From positions 58,714,001 through 58,778,000 of the forward strand of contig OX638157.1 of the NCBI GenBank assembly GCA_951804945.1: a DNA stretch of 64,000 nt, read 5' to 3'. This DNA is from Podarcis cretensis (taxonomy: Eukaryota). Below are positions 38,305-52,114 of this stretch, one piece after another. The position numbers were made by a program, and so were the translations under genes. Position 1 is the stretch's first letter. Every line of letters begins with the position of its first letter. The notes beneath the pieces were generated by a model that had not been told where the DNA came from, searched no databases, and was given only the letters and a program-made list of their open reading frames with translations.

Positions 38305-39454
38305 GATTACATCAACTGGGCAACTGCAATACCCAACTCCCTTGACAGATGTATATGCTAACGATAGATATGATTTTCTTAATGCTCGCATACTCAGGAA
38401 GAAAAAACAATTTTTGCATTAAATTAAAACTTGGTTGGAAAGTGCATGCTGCTTTTGCTGTTGGGTGGGCATGCTACTGTCCCGTCACAGCTGCACTAAA
38501 ATACTGAATTTCTGTCCTGTTTATCTCCTACTAGGGAACATGCGGGGGAAACTTCATAATGAACCAGGCAGTCCTTCTCAATTGTTTGACTCTAGAGACT
38601 AAAATTAGGGTGACATACCTACCCTGAGAAAGACCGAATACCTTCTTCAAAATGAACCAGGAAATTCCTTCTCGTTGTCTTTTTAAGAAATGAAACCTCA
38701 GAGTCTGGGTCACCTGGTAGCTTGAGGCCCAGTACAGATGTGCGCTCCCACCCTGCTCTGTGGCCCTTGTTCTTAAGTAGATTGTCAAATAGGCATATTT
38801 ATCCCAGTACAGTATCAAGTGACCAGCAATACATGAATGAGCTTGCTTAGATCAGTCACTGCAAGTGTAATTTGTGTTTCTGTTCCAAAACACAGTATTT
38901 CCCCATGGAATCTTTTTATAGGTGCTAGCACAAGGATAATACAGTACTAATTAAAAGGGGAATATATCTCTTGGAAAAACATTAGAATTAAGGATTACAA
39001 GTAGTTTTACATGAACAAACCAAGTTTGGTTTTCTAGAATTCTAAGTCAACTTCCAAACCTATAATCTCAGCTGTTCTTTCTACAACTGCGTGTTCATAT
39101 GAATGCTAACTAAGAGTAGTAGCTTCTGGCAAAGATAATTGATTTTACACAGAAGTGTCATCTTATCCCATGGGAAGACCTAGTAATTGCTTATTTGCAT
39201 GTGTTAATTTAAATCCATGCAGATTTAAAATTGCCTGTTGCTGAGCATCCTGAACTAACAAAAAATGAACAGGATGTATATACACACAAAAGCCCTCCAT
39301 GCTGTCTTGGCCTATTTAAAATAAATTGGTTACAAATGCTAATCCTGTGTCAATATTCTGGGTTCCTTTCCATATGTGAGGTGAAAAACCCCTTTCAGGA
39401 ATTTTTTTGTACCCAAAATAGAGCATGATATTTTCTTCTTCTCTCTTGTGATAG

Positions 39455-39734
39455 CTATTGGTCAGCCTTCAAAGAACAAGCGTCCGAAGGAACCGGGAGA
39501 GAACAGGATTAAACCCGCTAACAAAAAAGTAAAACCCAAAACTCCCAAACTAAAGGAGAGAGAATCCACAGATGCTTCTCCAAAAATCCATTCCATAATG
39601 ACACAGGTGATGGATAAGGGGCGTTTTCAGAAACCTGCTGCTACTCTGAGCCTCTCTGCAAGACAGAATTTAGAACTGCGGTGTAAAGGAAATAAAATTG
39701 AATGGAGCCATCCTTCAGATCACAACAGGGTCAG
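39455..39734 (+). CDS. PDGFRL: PDGFRL exon 2
   Basis: KNKRPKEPGENRIKPANKKVKPK...DKGRFQKPAATLSL...LELRCKG; AG|GTAAGA. Confidence 0.96.
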
Positions 39735-40165
39735 GTAAGACTTTGAAAGGTGGAAATGAATAAAGTTATCCCCAAACTTTACTGTTGTTGTTTTTTAAAT
39801 CAATGCAAATGTTGATGTTCCTTTGGTAAAATATATTGGAATGTATAGAGAAGGGGAAAAGATTTCAGACCAGAGGGATTTATGACAGACCATTGCCAAT
39901 GTTGTTTCCATAGAATTTAACCTAAAACAGAACTCAAGCTAAATAGAGGGGACAGGGGCTTTTGCTCAGATGAAATATCTGGAAACTTCTTTGTTGAAAG
40001 AATTGTAGGTGTAGTGTTATCATGTGCATATTTATCTGGAAGTAAGTCCAAATAATTCATTAGGACTTCTGAATGGATTTAGGAGTGCAGCGGTAGTCTT
40101 GTTTCACACGTGTGGTTTACAGAAATTAGTCTTCTAACTCAGATGTAAGTTTCTTATTGGGTGTG

Positions 40166-40370
40166 CAGTGGTACCTCTGGTTACAAACACTTTGGTTAAA
40201 GACTCTGCTAACCCAGAAGTAGTACCTCGGGTTAAGAACTTTACCTCAGGATGAGAACAGAAATTGTGTGGCAGTGGCAGTGGGAGGCCCCATTAGCTAA
40301 AGTGGTACCTCAGGTTAAGAACGGTTTCAGGTTAAGAACGGACCTCCAGAATGAATTAAGTTCGTAACTG
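40166..40370. mobile_element. MITE family A, opposite orientation, degenerate
   Basis: Reverse complement of the 50775-51016 core (GGCCCCATTAGCTAAAGTGGT). Confidence 0.8.
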
Positions 40371-41134
40371 TATTCCCATCTGCCCAAGAAATACATAGCA
40401 ATAAAAGGTAGATGTTATCACAAGAGGAGAATGTTTTGTCAACATTCTAGACTAGATTAGGAAAGTAGTCTTTATTTGTAATTACTTTTAGCTTGCCATA
40501 TTGCAAACTGTGTGAAGTAAGCTTTTTTCTAGATACATCCTGCACCTGCTGTTTCAAGATAGGGTTTTCTAACAAGAATAGCATTCTTAAGATAGAAGTG
40601 TAGATGAATTTTAGCTGCAAGACAAGGGCCCCTATCTAAGTTTTGTTCCTCACTGTGAACATTTTTTTGGGGGGGGGGCGGTGATTCCCTAGGGGAGTCA
40701 CCAAATTTTAATTACTATTAGAAATAAATGAATACATTGCTGAATAACAAGATGTGTAAGTCAAACTCTGATATATATGGTTAGCATTATTTGTGTTTAT
40801 AGTGATTGGTATCTTACATTGGGATAATAATGATTTTTACAAGCTCATATACCGGTAATTCATTGCCATAGGATGTTGTGGCTTTTGCTACAAGTACCAA
40901 TTACTCTGAAATGTAGTTTAAATAATGTTATGGAAGAAGTGTTTGAGGTTTTACAGACCTTGGTAGCCAGAAAATGCAAACGCTTTCCAAGATACGACAT
41001 CCCTCTATCTCTGATGAACTTCCATCACACTCAAGTTAGAAAATACATTAGTTGGCCAGATCCAGTACAGTATTGCAATTATTCCAAATGGTTTTGTTTT
41101 TATTATGCAGTTAACTGAGCCGCAGCATATCTGA

Positions 41135-41148
41135 CCACTAGATGGCAG
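41135..41148 (+). promoter_or_regulatory. Candidate CTCF site
   Basis: CCACTAGATGGCAG fits CCASYAGRKGGCRS fully, with a CGCAGCA upstream-motif-like element. Confidence 0.6.
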
Positions 41149-41297
41149 ATTTCACCAGAAATAATACTGTCACATAGCCTTGGCCAGAGGGAGTTAATAA
41201 ATAATTATGTAAAGGCAGAACTGACTGTACTTTTAATGTGTTTGTGTAGTATTAGACCAAAATGCCAAAATGCCTGACTATAAAAGTAAGCGAGGTA

Positions 41298-42115
41298 CTG
41301 TATTTTTCGCCCTATAAGACGCACTTTTCCCCCTCCAAAAATGAAGGGGAAATGTGTGTGCATCTTATGGGGCGAATGCAGGCTCCTTGGCTTCAGTGAC
41401 AGCAATGCGAAGCCTCCGAAGCCTGCGCTCTGGAGGCTTCGCGTTGCTTCCGCTGAAGCCAGGAGAGTCTGCTCTTTGAGGCTGGCGGTGGGGAAAGCAG
41501 CGCTTCCCCCATCGCCAGCCCCAGAGGATGGGGGGCAGCAGGAAGGCGCGCGACGCCTTCCCGCTACTCTCCAACCCGGCTTCGAGGCTGGCAGTGGGGG
41601 AAGCGCTGCTTTCCCCATCGCCAGCCCCAGAGGATGGGGGGTAGCAGGACGGTGCGCGACGCCTTCCCGCTACTCTCCAACCCTCCTGTGGGCTTTTGCG
41701 GCAGATGGGGGAATTCCCCCACCTCCCGCAAAAGACGCGCACTCTTTAAAGGGGCTCCGCGGCTTCTGCTGGCTTTTCTATGAGGGGGGGGGGAATTCCC
41801 CTACCTCCTAGAAAAGCCCGCAGGAGCCGCGCACCCTTTAAAGAGCGCGCCGCTCTTGGGGGCTTTTACTCGAGGAGGGAGAAGGGACTGACTGGCCGTT
41901 TCAGTCCCTTCTCCCTCCTGGTCGAAAAGCCCGCAGGAGTCACGCTGGGCTCCTGTGGGCTTTTGCGGGAGGTGGGGGAATTCCTGTCCACTGCTCCCAG
42001 AGCTGCGGGGGGGGGGGGGAAATCATATTTTTTTACTTGATTTCCCCCCCCAAAAAAAAAAAAACAACTAGGTGCGTCCTATGGGCCGGTGCGTCCTATA
42101 GGGCGAAAAATACGG
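41298..42115. mobile_element. Tc2/pogo-like family B (long; GC/CpG-rich interior with a ~105-bp duplication)
   Basis: Same ends as 3951-4192, TA TSDs. Confidence 0.88.
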
Positions 42116-42391
42116 TACTTTGACAAACGAAGACCTTTTTTTCCAAGGCGTGATGTCCTGAAAGGATATGGTAAATTTGAAATGAGGACTCTGTAGTATT
42201 TTTTAGTACTTCAGTAGTCTCAGCATCTGGTTACCCATTTAAAATACTGAACTTTTAAATGTAGTTTTCTAAGGGTGCTGAGAGTTGTAAGGAAACCCCT
42301 ATTCCCCTCCCAGAGCTGCAGTTCCCAGAGTGGTTTAACAATCAATCCCTCTCCTCAGGGAACTATTAGAGGAGGAGGAGGAGGAGGAGGA

Positions 42392-42422
<31 letters not shown>

Positions 42423-42876
42423 GTATTATTTATTTATACACCACCCATCTGGCTGGGTTTCCCCATGTTAGTAACCATGTTAGTCTGCTGCAGCAAAAAG
42501 TTCTGTGGCATCATAAATGTTAACAAAGTTATAATTGTGAACTAGATATCCTGTATGTTTTTATTAACTTATAAATGCCAGGATCTTTGTCTACGTTACA
42601 TTGTGAATGGTCACTGTAATTACTTTGCATACATCTAAGCTTCATTGTAATTATCTCCGTGTTTATTTCTGGTACTTCCCTCTGACACTGCTGCTCCTTT
42701 TCTCTCTCTGCACCCCTGTGTACTTTCCAACTCAAGAGGACATTCCATGTACATGATGAAGTAGAATCTGGCCTGCCAAACTTACACCATAATACTATTG
42801 TGAGTTTGGGGGTGGGGTGGAATCTTAACAGAATATCCCACTGTTCAAGGGCTATAATAGCCCTAGGTATGGGTTG

Positions 42877-42945
42877 AAGACAGGAGTGTCTGGCGTGTTC
42901 TGGTCCAAGGGGTCACAAAGAGCCAGACACGACTAAACAACAACA
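42877..42945 (+). mobile_element. BovB/RTE LINE extreme 3' fragment
   Basis: GGGGTCACAAAGAGCCAGACACGACTAAACAACAACA tail; TSD AGGTATGGGTTG. Confidence 0.8.
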
Positions 42946-43205
42946 AGGTATGGGTTGTTATTATAAGCAGGCTTTCTGTCACCCAGGGCAAAGACCCAGT
43001 TTGTCACACACACCCCAACATGTGTTTGCGTACACACACAACTTAACACATTTGTTCATGAAGGACATAGAACATAGTTTGAAAGAGGCTGGAGAAGAAA
43101 TAATATTTCCAAAATAGTAAAATTGTCTGTGTATGTATCTGGCTTTCATTCAACCTTAAGTAGATCTCCTCAGAGAGTAATAGGTCATTTGAGGAATTCT
43201 AAGAA

Positions 43206-43341
43206 NNNNNNNNNNNNNNNNNNNNNNNNNNNNNNNNNNNNNNNNNNNNNNNNNNNNNNNNNNNNNNNNNNNNNNNNNNNNNNNNNNNNNNNNNNNNNNN
43301 NNNNNNNNNNNNNNNNNNNNNNNNNNNNNNNNNNNNNNNNN
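43206..43341. other. Assembly gap (136 N)
   Basis: Run of N. Confidence 1.
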
Positions 43342-43743
43342 AGTAGTGGTAGTAGAAGAAACTGATAATGATCAGGCACATAATAAAGAGTAAGTCCTAT
43401 CGAACTCAATGGGACTTACTTCTGAGTAGTAAATGCTTGCAGTTTAAGGCTCTAAATAATAAAATAAAAGAATAAATAGTCCACAAGTTTCCTTAAAAAA
43501 ATTTTGACGGCTGAACCATTGCAGTTAAATAATTTAAAGTGGATTGGCTACATTTTCCTTCCAAATTACAGGAAGGGATAAATACAAAGTGCTTCGTATG
43601 TCAGCATCACATTTCTTTCATTGCAGGTATTTCATTTTCGGTATAAAGAGGACTCAGTTTTTGTAGCTGATTGTATTCAGCAGTGCCCCTTTTATGTATT
43701 CATATGATGTAAACATGTATGTTTTCCTTTAGATCCAAACACA

Positions 43744-43775
<32 letters not shown>

Positions 43776-44783
43776 ACACAAATACATAAGCAAGCAATAC
43801 GCCAAAGTGCATCTGTTCCCAAAAAGGGAAGGAAGTGGTGTTCTGATCTCTTCACCACTTTTAATTGATCTCTGAGACATTGAAGGAAGCCAAAGAAGAA
43901 GAAAGCAACAACAATTCCCCTTTTCAACTTTGCTCGGAGAGGATTTCACCAGGATTTCTCTGTCGCACACAGTTCCAAAAATGGAGAAAGGGGAAGGAGG
44001 ATCATTTTCCAGGTTTTCCAGCTTCCCCTTGCCAAATAAGCATCCGTCTGGGCCAGCCACAGTAAGAGGAGGCCCACCCCCCCCAGCTGTGAGCGAGCCC
44101 TCCATCATAGGCTCAAGTTGCATATACAGGGTATGCTCTCCCTCGTTCCAAGGAAACTAAACTCTAGGTAAGCAGCTAGAAGCCCTGGAATCTTGCACGG
44201 CTCAGAGATTGGGGTGGCGTACAATAATACATTTCTAGCATGAGGAAAGTTGCATCACCGATGTCTCTTCAATACCTCCACAATTTAATGCAAAATTAAA
44301 TCTGTGTAAGACATAGTGAATTTTTATTGTAGAAGGGAGCATGTAGTTTCATAGCTGTGAATCACATATTAATGTATATCCTTTGATTTCAAGTGCCATA
44401 AATGAAAAGGTGATGACTGAGGCAAAGTGAGTAATGCTTATAGCACTTCCCTGCTCTTCCACTGATGTGCCTAAAGCAACATAGTAAGTGAAAAATAAAG
44501 ATGGAGGAGAGGAAACTGAGCCCAACAAACGTATAAAATGCCAAAGAGCTGACCATTGCAAGCCCGTAAACATTTAGTAGGACTGTAAGCATGTAGTTCA
44601 TGTTGCTATTATATAACAGGACATATTCACCAAACAACTGAAGACACTACCAAGTATGAAGTACCATGTTCTCAGTTATGGTTGAGTACCACATTCTCAG
44701 TTATGGTTGCAAGTAGCGGTACATATTGAAGTTCTGAAAGAATAGCTTTGCAATCCAACCAGGTGGGTGAATTTTCTCATACA

Positions 44784-44960
44784 AGATGGAATCTGCTCCC
44801 ACGTGAGGTGGTGGCCACCAACTCAGATGGCTTTAAAAAAGGATTAGACAAATTTATGGGGGATAATGCAATGTTTTGCCTTCACTATTGGAGGCAGTAT
44901 GCCTCTGAACAGCAGTTTCTGGGAATCAAGAGCAGGAAGAGTGCTGTTGCACTCAGGTCT
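44784..44960 (+). mobile_element. CR1 LINE 3' fragment
   Basis: WNLLPREVVATNSDGFKKGLDKFM matches the CR1 ORF2 C-terminal motif. Confidence 0.75.
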
Positions 44961-46447
44961 GTTGTGGGCCAGGAGTCAGCTTCGCCTGCTGAACAGCAGC
45001 CTGAAGGGGGAGAAGGAGTGTCCCAGCCTTCAAGGTGGAGAAGGTACTGATGAGAACCATCTGGCTTCAGCCTTCTTAAGCAGAGCTTCCAGCAGCAGTC
45101 AATTGCTGGTAATAATGCTTGTAGCTCCTGGCCCTACCTTGCTGATTCTTGCTCTTGACCCCATGATCATCAGATTCCCTGACCCCTGGACCATCTGACC
45201 ACACGGACTGCTGTTTGCCCAATCCTAGGACTGGACCTGATTTTGGATGCTGACTGCCTCCAGGAAGTACACTTCAGAGGCTCTTCTGGTTGGCTGGCCA
45301 GATGCATTCTTGAGGATGACTCACACGGTTGTCATGAAGGCCCATAGCCACTTCATAAAACTAGTCTGCAAATACTACCTCATGAGGAGGCTGGTAATAT
45401 GCTGCTACCTTTCCTTCAGCTGGTTCAGCACATTCTGAAGGTCCATAAGTGTGGCAAACAGTCTGTGACAGGATACAGCTGGGGGAAATCCCAGCTGGGA
45501 AATCCCAAGGTGCGTTGTTTTTTGAAAGCAAAGAACAGAAAGACAATGAAAGAGTATCTTCAAGCTTCCATCAGTAACTAGCTATACCATGGTGCACAGG
45601 TAATTACTCTTGCAGTGGCTTTTTCAGCTAAATCATCCTGTCATTTTCTTCATGAGATGCAGATCTCTGGGCACAGAGTATTCAGGTGGTGCTGCAGCCT
45701 TTGCAGATAGTTTAGGGAAAGTCTCACTTGGATGATTTGGAACCATGAGAGACTACAGTTTCAGATACTTTGGGCTTTTCATATTTCAGCCTTTAGAATG
45801 TTCTTGATTATGATTAATATAACAATAATTGGTTCCAGCTATACTAGGCAAAGAACCTGGTAGAAGGATATTATTGTGATCCTGAACAGGTTTACCAAAG
45901 CTGGCATGCCACACTTGATTTTAATTGGCGCTCATCAAGATCACCATTACATTAATCATGAATGATTCCACCTTCAATTTCATCTTTCCCACAAAAGTGC
46001 TCTGAACAGAAGGCAGTCTTTCCCCCCCCCCCTCAAAACCCAGAAGCAACACTTAGGATGACCATCTCTTACCATGCTGATGGTGTACATATGGTGTACG
46101 TATTTCCTGGCTGTGAGGCATGAAGGCCGCACATTACAAGGCCCTTTCCACCTGACCTAGGGAGCAGGGCCCATACTCATCCAGCCCTACAAGAGAGACT
46201 CCTCATGGGGCTGGAGGAACATCGCCCGGCTGTGAGTGCTGAAGGCCGCTCCCTGCAAGGCTTTTTCCACCTGGCCTAGGGGGCAGACTCACCCAGCCCT
46301 ACTATGTTAAATATGCATTCTGTAGTTGACCACCTTTGTAATGTTTTATTTTGAAATACTTTAAGATAATATTTTAGTTTTCTGTTATGTTGCTTTGGCT
46401 GTATATTTGACTTTTTCAGATTGTTTTATTGATTTATTGATATAATA

Positions 46448-46717
46448 CAGGGGTCAGCAACCTGCGGTCCATGGGCCACAAGTGGCCCACGGGGGTCGTT
46501 TAAACGGCCCACGAGACACCCCTAAACCGAGCCACCTGCTCGGTGAGCCCCTGCACGCTGCGCTAAACCGGCGCAGAGCAGGGACTCACTTCCGTGGCGC
46601 CAGAAGTTGTGTCGACGCAGGCGTTGGAAGTCACGTCTGCGCAGATGCAATCCAGCCTATGGAGCGATCTCTGTCGGAGTGAACTGGCCCAGGCGAGGTA
46701 AACCTTGCCAACCCCTG
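46448..46717. mobile_element. hAT (Charlie-like) non-autonomous element
   Basis: CAGGGGTCAGCAA/TTGCCAACCCCTG TIRs, TSD AT(A/T)TAATA. Confidence 0.8.
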
Positions 46718-49700
46718 ATTTAATATGCTGTAAACCGCTGAGATTTTTCTTAAAAATATAAAGTGGTATAGAAAATAAATAAATAAATAAGCCTTTGCCA
46801 CTGTTTCCCAAGTCATTCAGAGCTTGCTGTGGGTGTTGGGCAGCATTTTGCTGTTGCAAAGACGTATTAAGCTGATTTGACATCACTACTAGTTCTTCTG
46901 CAAGAACTGATGACATGAATAATATATCTGATCTGTTTGCTTCTTTCAGCACTAAGAAATCTCCAAGCTCCCGTATCAAGAATTTCATCACTCTTGTTTG
47001 TAATAGTACCTTTTCTCCCAGAGTCTGTGAGGGTGAAACCCTTCATCTCCTTGTAGTTTTGGCTTCATCTCAATCAAGATAGACCGTCATGGGAAACTGT
47101 CCTTGACTCGTCGGCTTCTATTTCCTTAGTTATCCTTGTGTTCTTACTTCAGTAACTACTTGCACATACGTGATATTCAACCTGCAGACCAATCATTAGA
47201 ATCTACCCTTGGCCTTTGCAGAACTGAGTAGCCCTCACAATCATAAATGCATGATGATACTCAACTATAGGGTGATTAATATATGTTCATCAAGGTTTAG
47301 CCCTTAAGCATATGATCTGTTAACCTACAAACTCCAAGTTACTGCAGCTACCCTCCTTTCAAGTTGGTATTTGTCAGCTTGTTTGAAGTGGTGACTATGA
47401 GTCTTTGGTCACATCCACAAATCCATTAAAAACACATTTTTATCACTTTTAACAGTCATGCCTTTCTTCAAGAATCCCGGGAATTGTAGTTTGCTCCTCA
47501 CAGAGCTACAGTTCACAGCACTTTAAACTACAGTTCCCAGGATTCTTAGGAGGGAAGCCGTGGCTGCTAAAGTGGTATAAGAGTGCTTTTCATGTGTGGT
47601 GTGGATGTGGTCATTATTCTGGGATGTCCTCTTTCACATCTGTCTGTCTAAACTGCAAAGCTATTATTCCAATGGTCGGCTTCAATGTGTGCTACTTCTA
47701 ACCACTGCTAAAGTGGTATTCAGATGCTGTACTTGCCAGCATCTTTAGTCATTTGGTGCCCATTTCCTGTAAATAGTGACATTAATCAAATGAATATGCA
47801 AGGGTGTAATATGAATTTGCTTTATGGCATATTTTATCAATATTGAGGATCAATTTTGTTTCCTCCATCTTTATTCTCCATATAAGTGCTGCTACTTCTT
47901 ATTAATGTTCTGTTCATTCAGTCAGTCAGTCTTTAGAAGATTAGGTATCATGGACTGCAACTGGAGCAGTTTCTGCCAATTCCCACATTTTGCATTTCTC
48001 TAGCGACATACTTCAAGTTGAGAAAGAAAGGGGTGCGTCTGAAATTTGTGGACCTGTTTTTCAGGATCTACTGTACATATGATGCTTTGATAAGTTAAGT
48101 GCATCACCAATTAAGGCAATTTTCATGGGCATAGGAAACAGATTAAGGGATATCTCTTATTATTCCAACATTCTTGGTAAACATGCAAGCTTTTGACTTA
48201 CAAAGCATTCATTACCAGGAAGCAAGCTTTAGTCAATGGTTTTAGCCAGTGACAGAAATGTAAAGGTTTGAGAAAGAACTCATAGGTGGTTAATTCTCCA
48301 TTGTGTATGGTTACACCTCACTTACTCATGCAAAAGAACAAATGTGTGTCTGGATACATGCTGCTGAGCTGCAGAAGGGGAGACTTGCACCCAACCTCAT
48401 GCCTTCTCAAGGAGGGGCGAAGGGTAGTAAGTCCCAAGCAGACAGTATATCCATAATTCCAGCACAGCAGGACCATCTGGCCCTGTGCTGGCCTCGCAAG
48501 AAGTTCTGAATTGAGCTACTGTCATTTAAAGAGGAGAGCGGGCTAATCAGAAAACAGTTAGCATCCTAGACAGTTGCCGATACAACAGATTAATCAGCAG
48601 GGGGTTGCAGGCTGTTTTAATGACCTAAGGAACTAAGATTTCTATTGAAGCTGGCTGTTTGTGTTGATGGATACAAACAAACAAACAACTCAGATACCAT
48701 TCTGTTTCTTCTTCTCGGACTGTTACAGTTCAAACCCTTTGCACCAGAAATTCGAACCATTTTCAGATTAACACTGAAGTCCAATGAACTGGTTTCAGAA
48801 CGATCAACTTGCTGAGACCCTACTTCTAAGTAAATAAGCATAGGATTAGGCTGCACATAATTTAGATATAAGAAGCTGGTAGCTGCTGATAGAGTGCTTA
48901 TAGTAGGGCTGAGGTTTTTTTATACTTCGCTTTTAAATGGAAATTTTATACCACAGTAATCTAAATTTTGGGGTGAGAAAACTGAATTCTGCAATGTCTC
49001 TAAATTGTGCATATTAAGTATATTTCCTTGTTTATTTTCCATAATATCTTAATGCTTCTGCTAAACAGTGGGAGAGACAACAAACTATGCAGAGGGGCTC
49101 TGAAACTCTGGTTTGAAGTGGTCGAAACTTCTTTGCTTTCGTCAAGCATGCCTTTCTAGCATCTTGAAACTTGCCTTTAAAAAGGGGTGGGGCTGAAATT
49201 TCTATGATTTTTTAAAGTTTCACCCAACATCAAACTCTGTGTTAGCGCAGTGCTTGCCTAAAATTAAAAAACACACCTAGGCTTTCTTCTACAGCACTGA
49301 TACATCTACATACGAGTTTATCTTGTGCTACTTAATGGGTTCTTACTGGGAACTAACATTTCAAAAAGATATCCCAGGTTGTGTAGGGATTTGGACAATA
49401 GAATGTTGGCATTTCCGCAATAGAACTAGCTTTGCTTTGCATGAACTGAATCAGTGCATATGTGGGTGGGAAGGAAACTCTGGAAGAGATTGATTTCTTT
49501 CAAAGTCCTAATTATTTAGCTTCCTTAGGGATACACTATGGATTTCCTTGGAAAGTTATTTGGTTATTTTGATTGCTGGATGGCTTATATGTAGAGGGTT
49601 TGATGGATGGCTTATTGTGTAAAGAATTGAGCCAATCAAACTGTATGGTTTGCTAATTAATTCTGACCTTAATTTGTCTCATTCAGTGGTGCTCTAACGA

Positions 49701-50266
49701 TATTTAGCAGACTGTGATAACTGGGGGAGTCAAAATTGTTCAGGCACAACTGCTTCTCTGTATTAGAGATACTCAGTACAGTATTGAATATCTTGCCATT
49801 TTCTCTGCAGGCATATATTCCTAAGCTACAATCACATTATTCACTTTTTTGGTTAGCTCCCCAAAAGGGGCTCATGCAAAGTATTCGTCCCATGGCTGCT
49901 ACCAGCCAAGCCCCTTCCTATGAGGTCCAAAGATAAGCAAGAAGCCAAGCAGGATTCACAAGTAAACAGCTGAGGGATTCCTACCCATTTTATTCTTCCT
50001 ATGTGCTCAATATATAGAGTTACAACTGGGAAAGAGATCCTCTTCTCTTCAAATGACCATATCTAACCACTCTGCCAGCCTAAGCACCACACCCTCTCAA
50101 TTAGCCTTTGGCTAATAAAACCATCTATATACCCTTTGAAATTGTGTATGTGTGTTGAGGGGCAGATTGTTGGTTTTGTTTGTTACTGTGTTGTGCATGG
50201 TTGTGTTTTTATACTGTAAACTGCCCTGTGATCCTCAGTTAAAGTGCAGTATAGAAATTTGATAAA

Positions 50267-50267
50267 T

Positions 50268-50302
<35 letters not shown>

Positions 50303-50322
50303 TAATAATAATAATAATAATA
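50267..50322. repeat. Compound microsatellite (AGC)n(AAT)n
   Basis: Seen directly; similar (GGA)n(AAT)n at ~42369-42421 and (AC)n(AG)n at ~43739-43775. Confidence 0.95.
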
Positions 50323-50774
50323 GGTTTTTTAATAGTGCCCAGGGCATATGTCATAGGGCTGCCATATTTTGAAGAGAAAAAAAGAGAGAGCACATTTGCC
50401 GACTTCTACTTTTAACAATGGATCTCTGTGACGACTCTACCCATGAAAAAGAGGACGTGTCCTGGAAAAAGAGGACATGAAACCTGAATGCTGCCCTGTG
50501 CAATCTTACTGACATCGCCTTTGCTTTCTTATATCGAGTGCCAAGAAACAGAAATAAATTGTCTGGTGGTATTTGTTGCTTTGGTCATGCAAACACTTGC
50601 AGAGTATTTATGTTTTGATCAGTGTTAGAAATTAGCCAGGCACCAGACACGTTTTGCTACTGGCGTGGGTCCAGTTACAACTATGTGGAGATTTTTGGGT
50701 CACAGTTTAAAAAGGTAGCAGAGAGCCATGCTGGTATGTTAGGGAAACGACTGAAAACTAACATTAGGCCAATA

Positions 50775-51016
50775 CAGTGGTACCTTGGGTTAAGAACTTA
50801 ATTCGTTCTGGAGGTGCTTTCTTAACCTGAAACTGTTCTTAACCTGAGGTACCACTTTAGCTAATGGGGCCTCCCGCTGCCGCTGCGCCACCATCGTGCG
50901 ATTTCTGTTCTCATCCTGAAGCAAAGTTCTTAACCCGAGGTACTATTTCTGGGTTAGCGGAGTCTGTAACCTGAAGCGTCTGTAACCTGAAGCATCTGTA
51001 ACCTGAGGTACCACTG
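50775..51016. mobile_element. MITE family A
   Basis: CAGTGGTACCT TIRs, TA TSD. Confidence 0.9.
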
Positions 51017-51472
51017 TATTGATTGTATTTACTAGCTTGATTTCAGTTCTGGACATGGGATGAATAAGTGAACAATGGCAGTTTCTGCTACCATTTCTGT
51101 TTCTGTTGGAAGTCTCCAAATTCCTTGCCTGGGTGTTTTGTACGGTATATTGAAGTCCAGCAGCAGAGGTTGGCCTGTGTCCACTTCCCTCTGTTGCTGC
51201 CAGCATTCAAAACTCCCATTGTTCTCGGTGCATTTTGCGACAGGGAGTTTCATTAATGCGAGCAGTTTCTGAGCCCTGAGAGCAGTACTGCGCCTAAGAT
51301 TTCAGATTAAAACTTCCACTGCTGGAACGAAAGGAGGACGTTTTTCTGCCTGAGGACTGGAGAAGGGACCCTCATAAGAATATTAAGGGGGCGGGCAGGG
51401 GAAGTATGGCTTTGCTTTTTGCAGTCTTCAAATGAGGACTAGACCATGTGAAAATTGAACATAAGATTTTAG

Positions 51473-51635
51473 TCGAAACAAAATAAAAAAATTCCTTCCA
51501 GTAGCACCTTAGAAAGCAACTAAGTTTGTATCTGAAGTTTGTATCTGACCAACCTAGTTGGTCTCTAAGGTGCTACTGGAAGGAATTTTTTTATTTTGTT
51601 TTGACTACAGCAGACCAACACAGCTACCTACCTGT
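51473..51635. mobile_element. Penelope-like fragment with inverted terminal copies
   Basis: TTCCTTCCAGTAGCACCTTAGA ... TCTAAGGTGCTACTGGAAGGAA inverted repeat; TSD ATAAGATTTTAG. Confidence 0.6.
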
Positions 51636-52114
51636 ATAAGATTTTAGCTGCAGTTCATTCATTTTCAATTTCTTGTTATAAAAAAAGTGTGCTTAGACAT
51701 TCCATTGTTGTGCCCATAACCTAGGTTTAAGGTGCCATTTTGCTCCTGGCTTTCATATCTCAGTTTCTAACACTGGTTGCTGATATCTTGAAGAGAAGGA
51801 ACATGGGCTCCAAGTCCCCATCTCCACTTCCCCCTGCTGCAGCCTTGGTAGTGGCTCTTGCTCCTGGTGCACCTTTTGCACAGCGGGTAGAAGATCCCTG
51901 TCACTGGCGCCATTAGGCCATTAGGGCCGAGTTCAGACCATCATTCTGAACCATGGTTAACCAGACCTTGATTTATAAACCTTCACTTGGCATGTCATGT
52001 GAACCTGCCACTAGCATGTTGCCCTAATAAACTTTGCCATGAACTAATGTAGTTCTTGGACTGAAATGGTCCTCCATAACCTTTGACTTTGTGCTTTCTC
52101 TTTGTCCTTGCTAG

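Noticed and set aside
41205-42040. Several long GC-rich ORFs and an apparent CpG island
   Set aside because: They fall almost entirely within a TA-flanked TIR element with internal repeats and show no protein motif.
42745-42795. Penelope-type hammerhead ribozyme remnant (ATGATGA...CAAA); also TATCTGAAG near 51520
   Set aside because: The catalytic CTGANGA and GAAA boxes are mutated or deleted, so it cannot be called functional.
43123-43409. ORFs spanning X runs
   Set aside because: Artefacts of the N gap.
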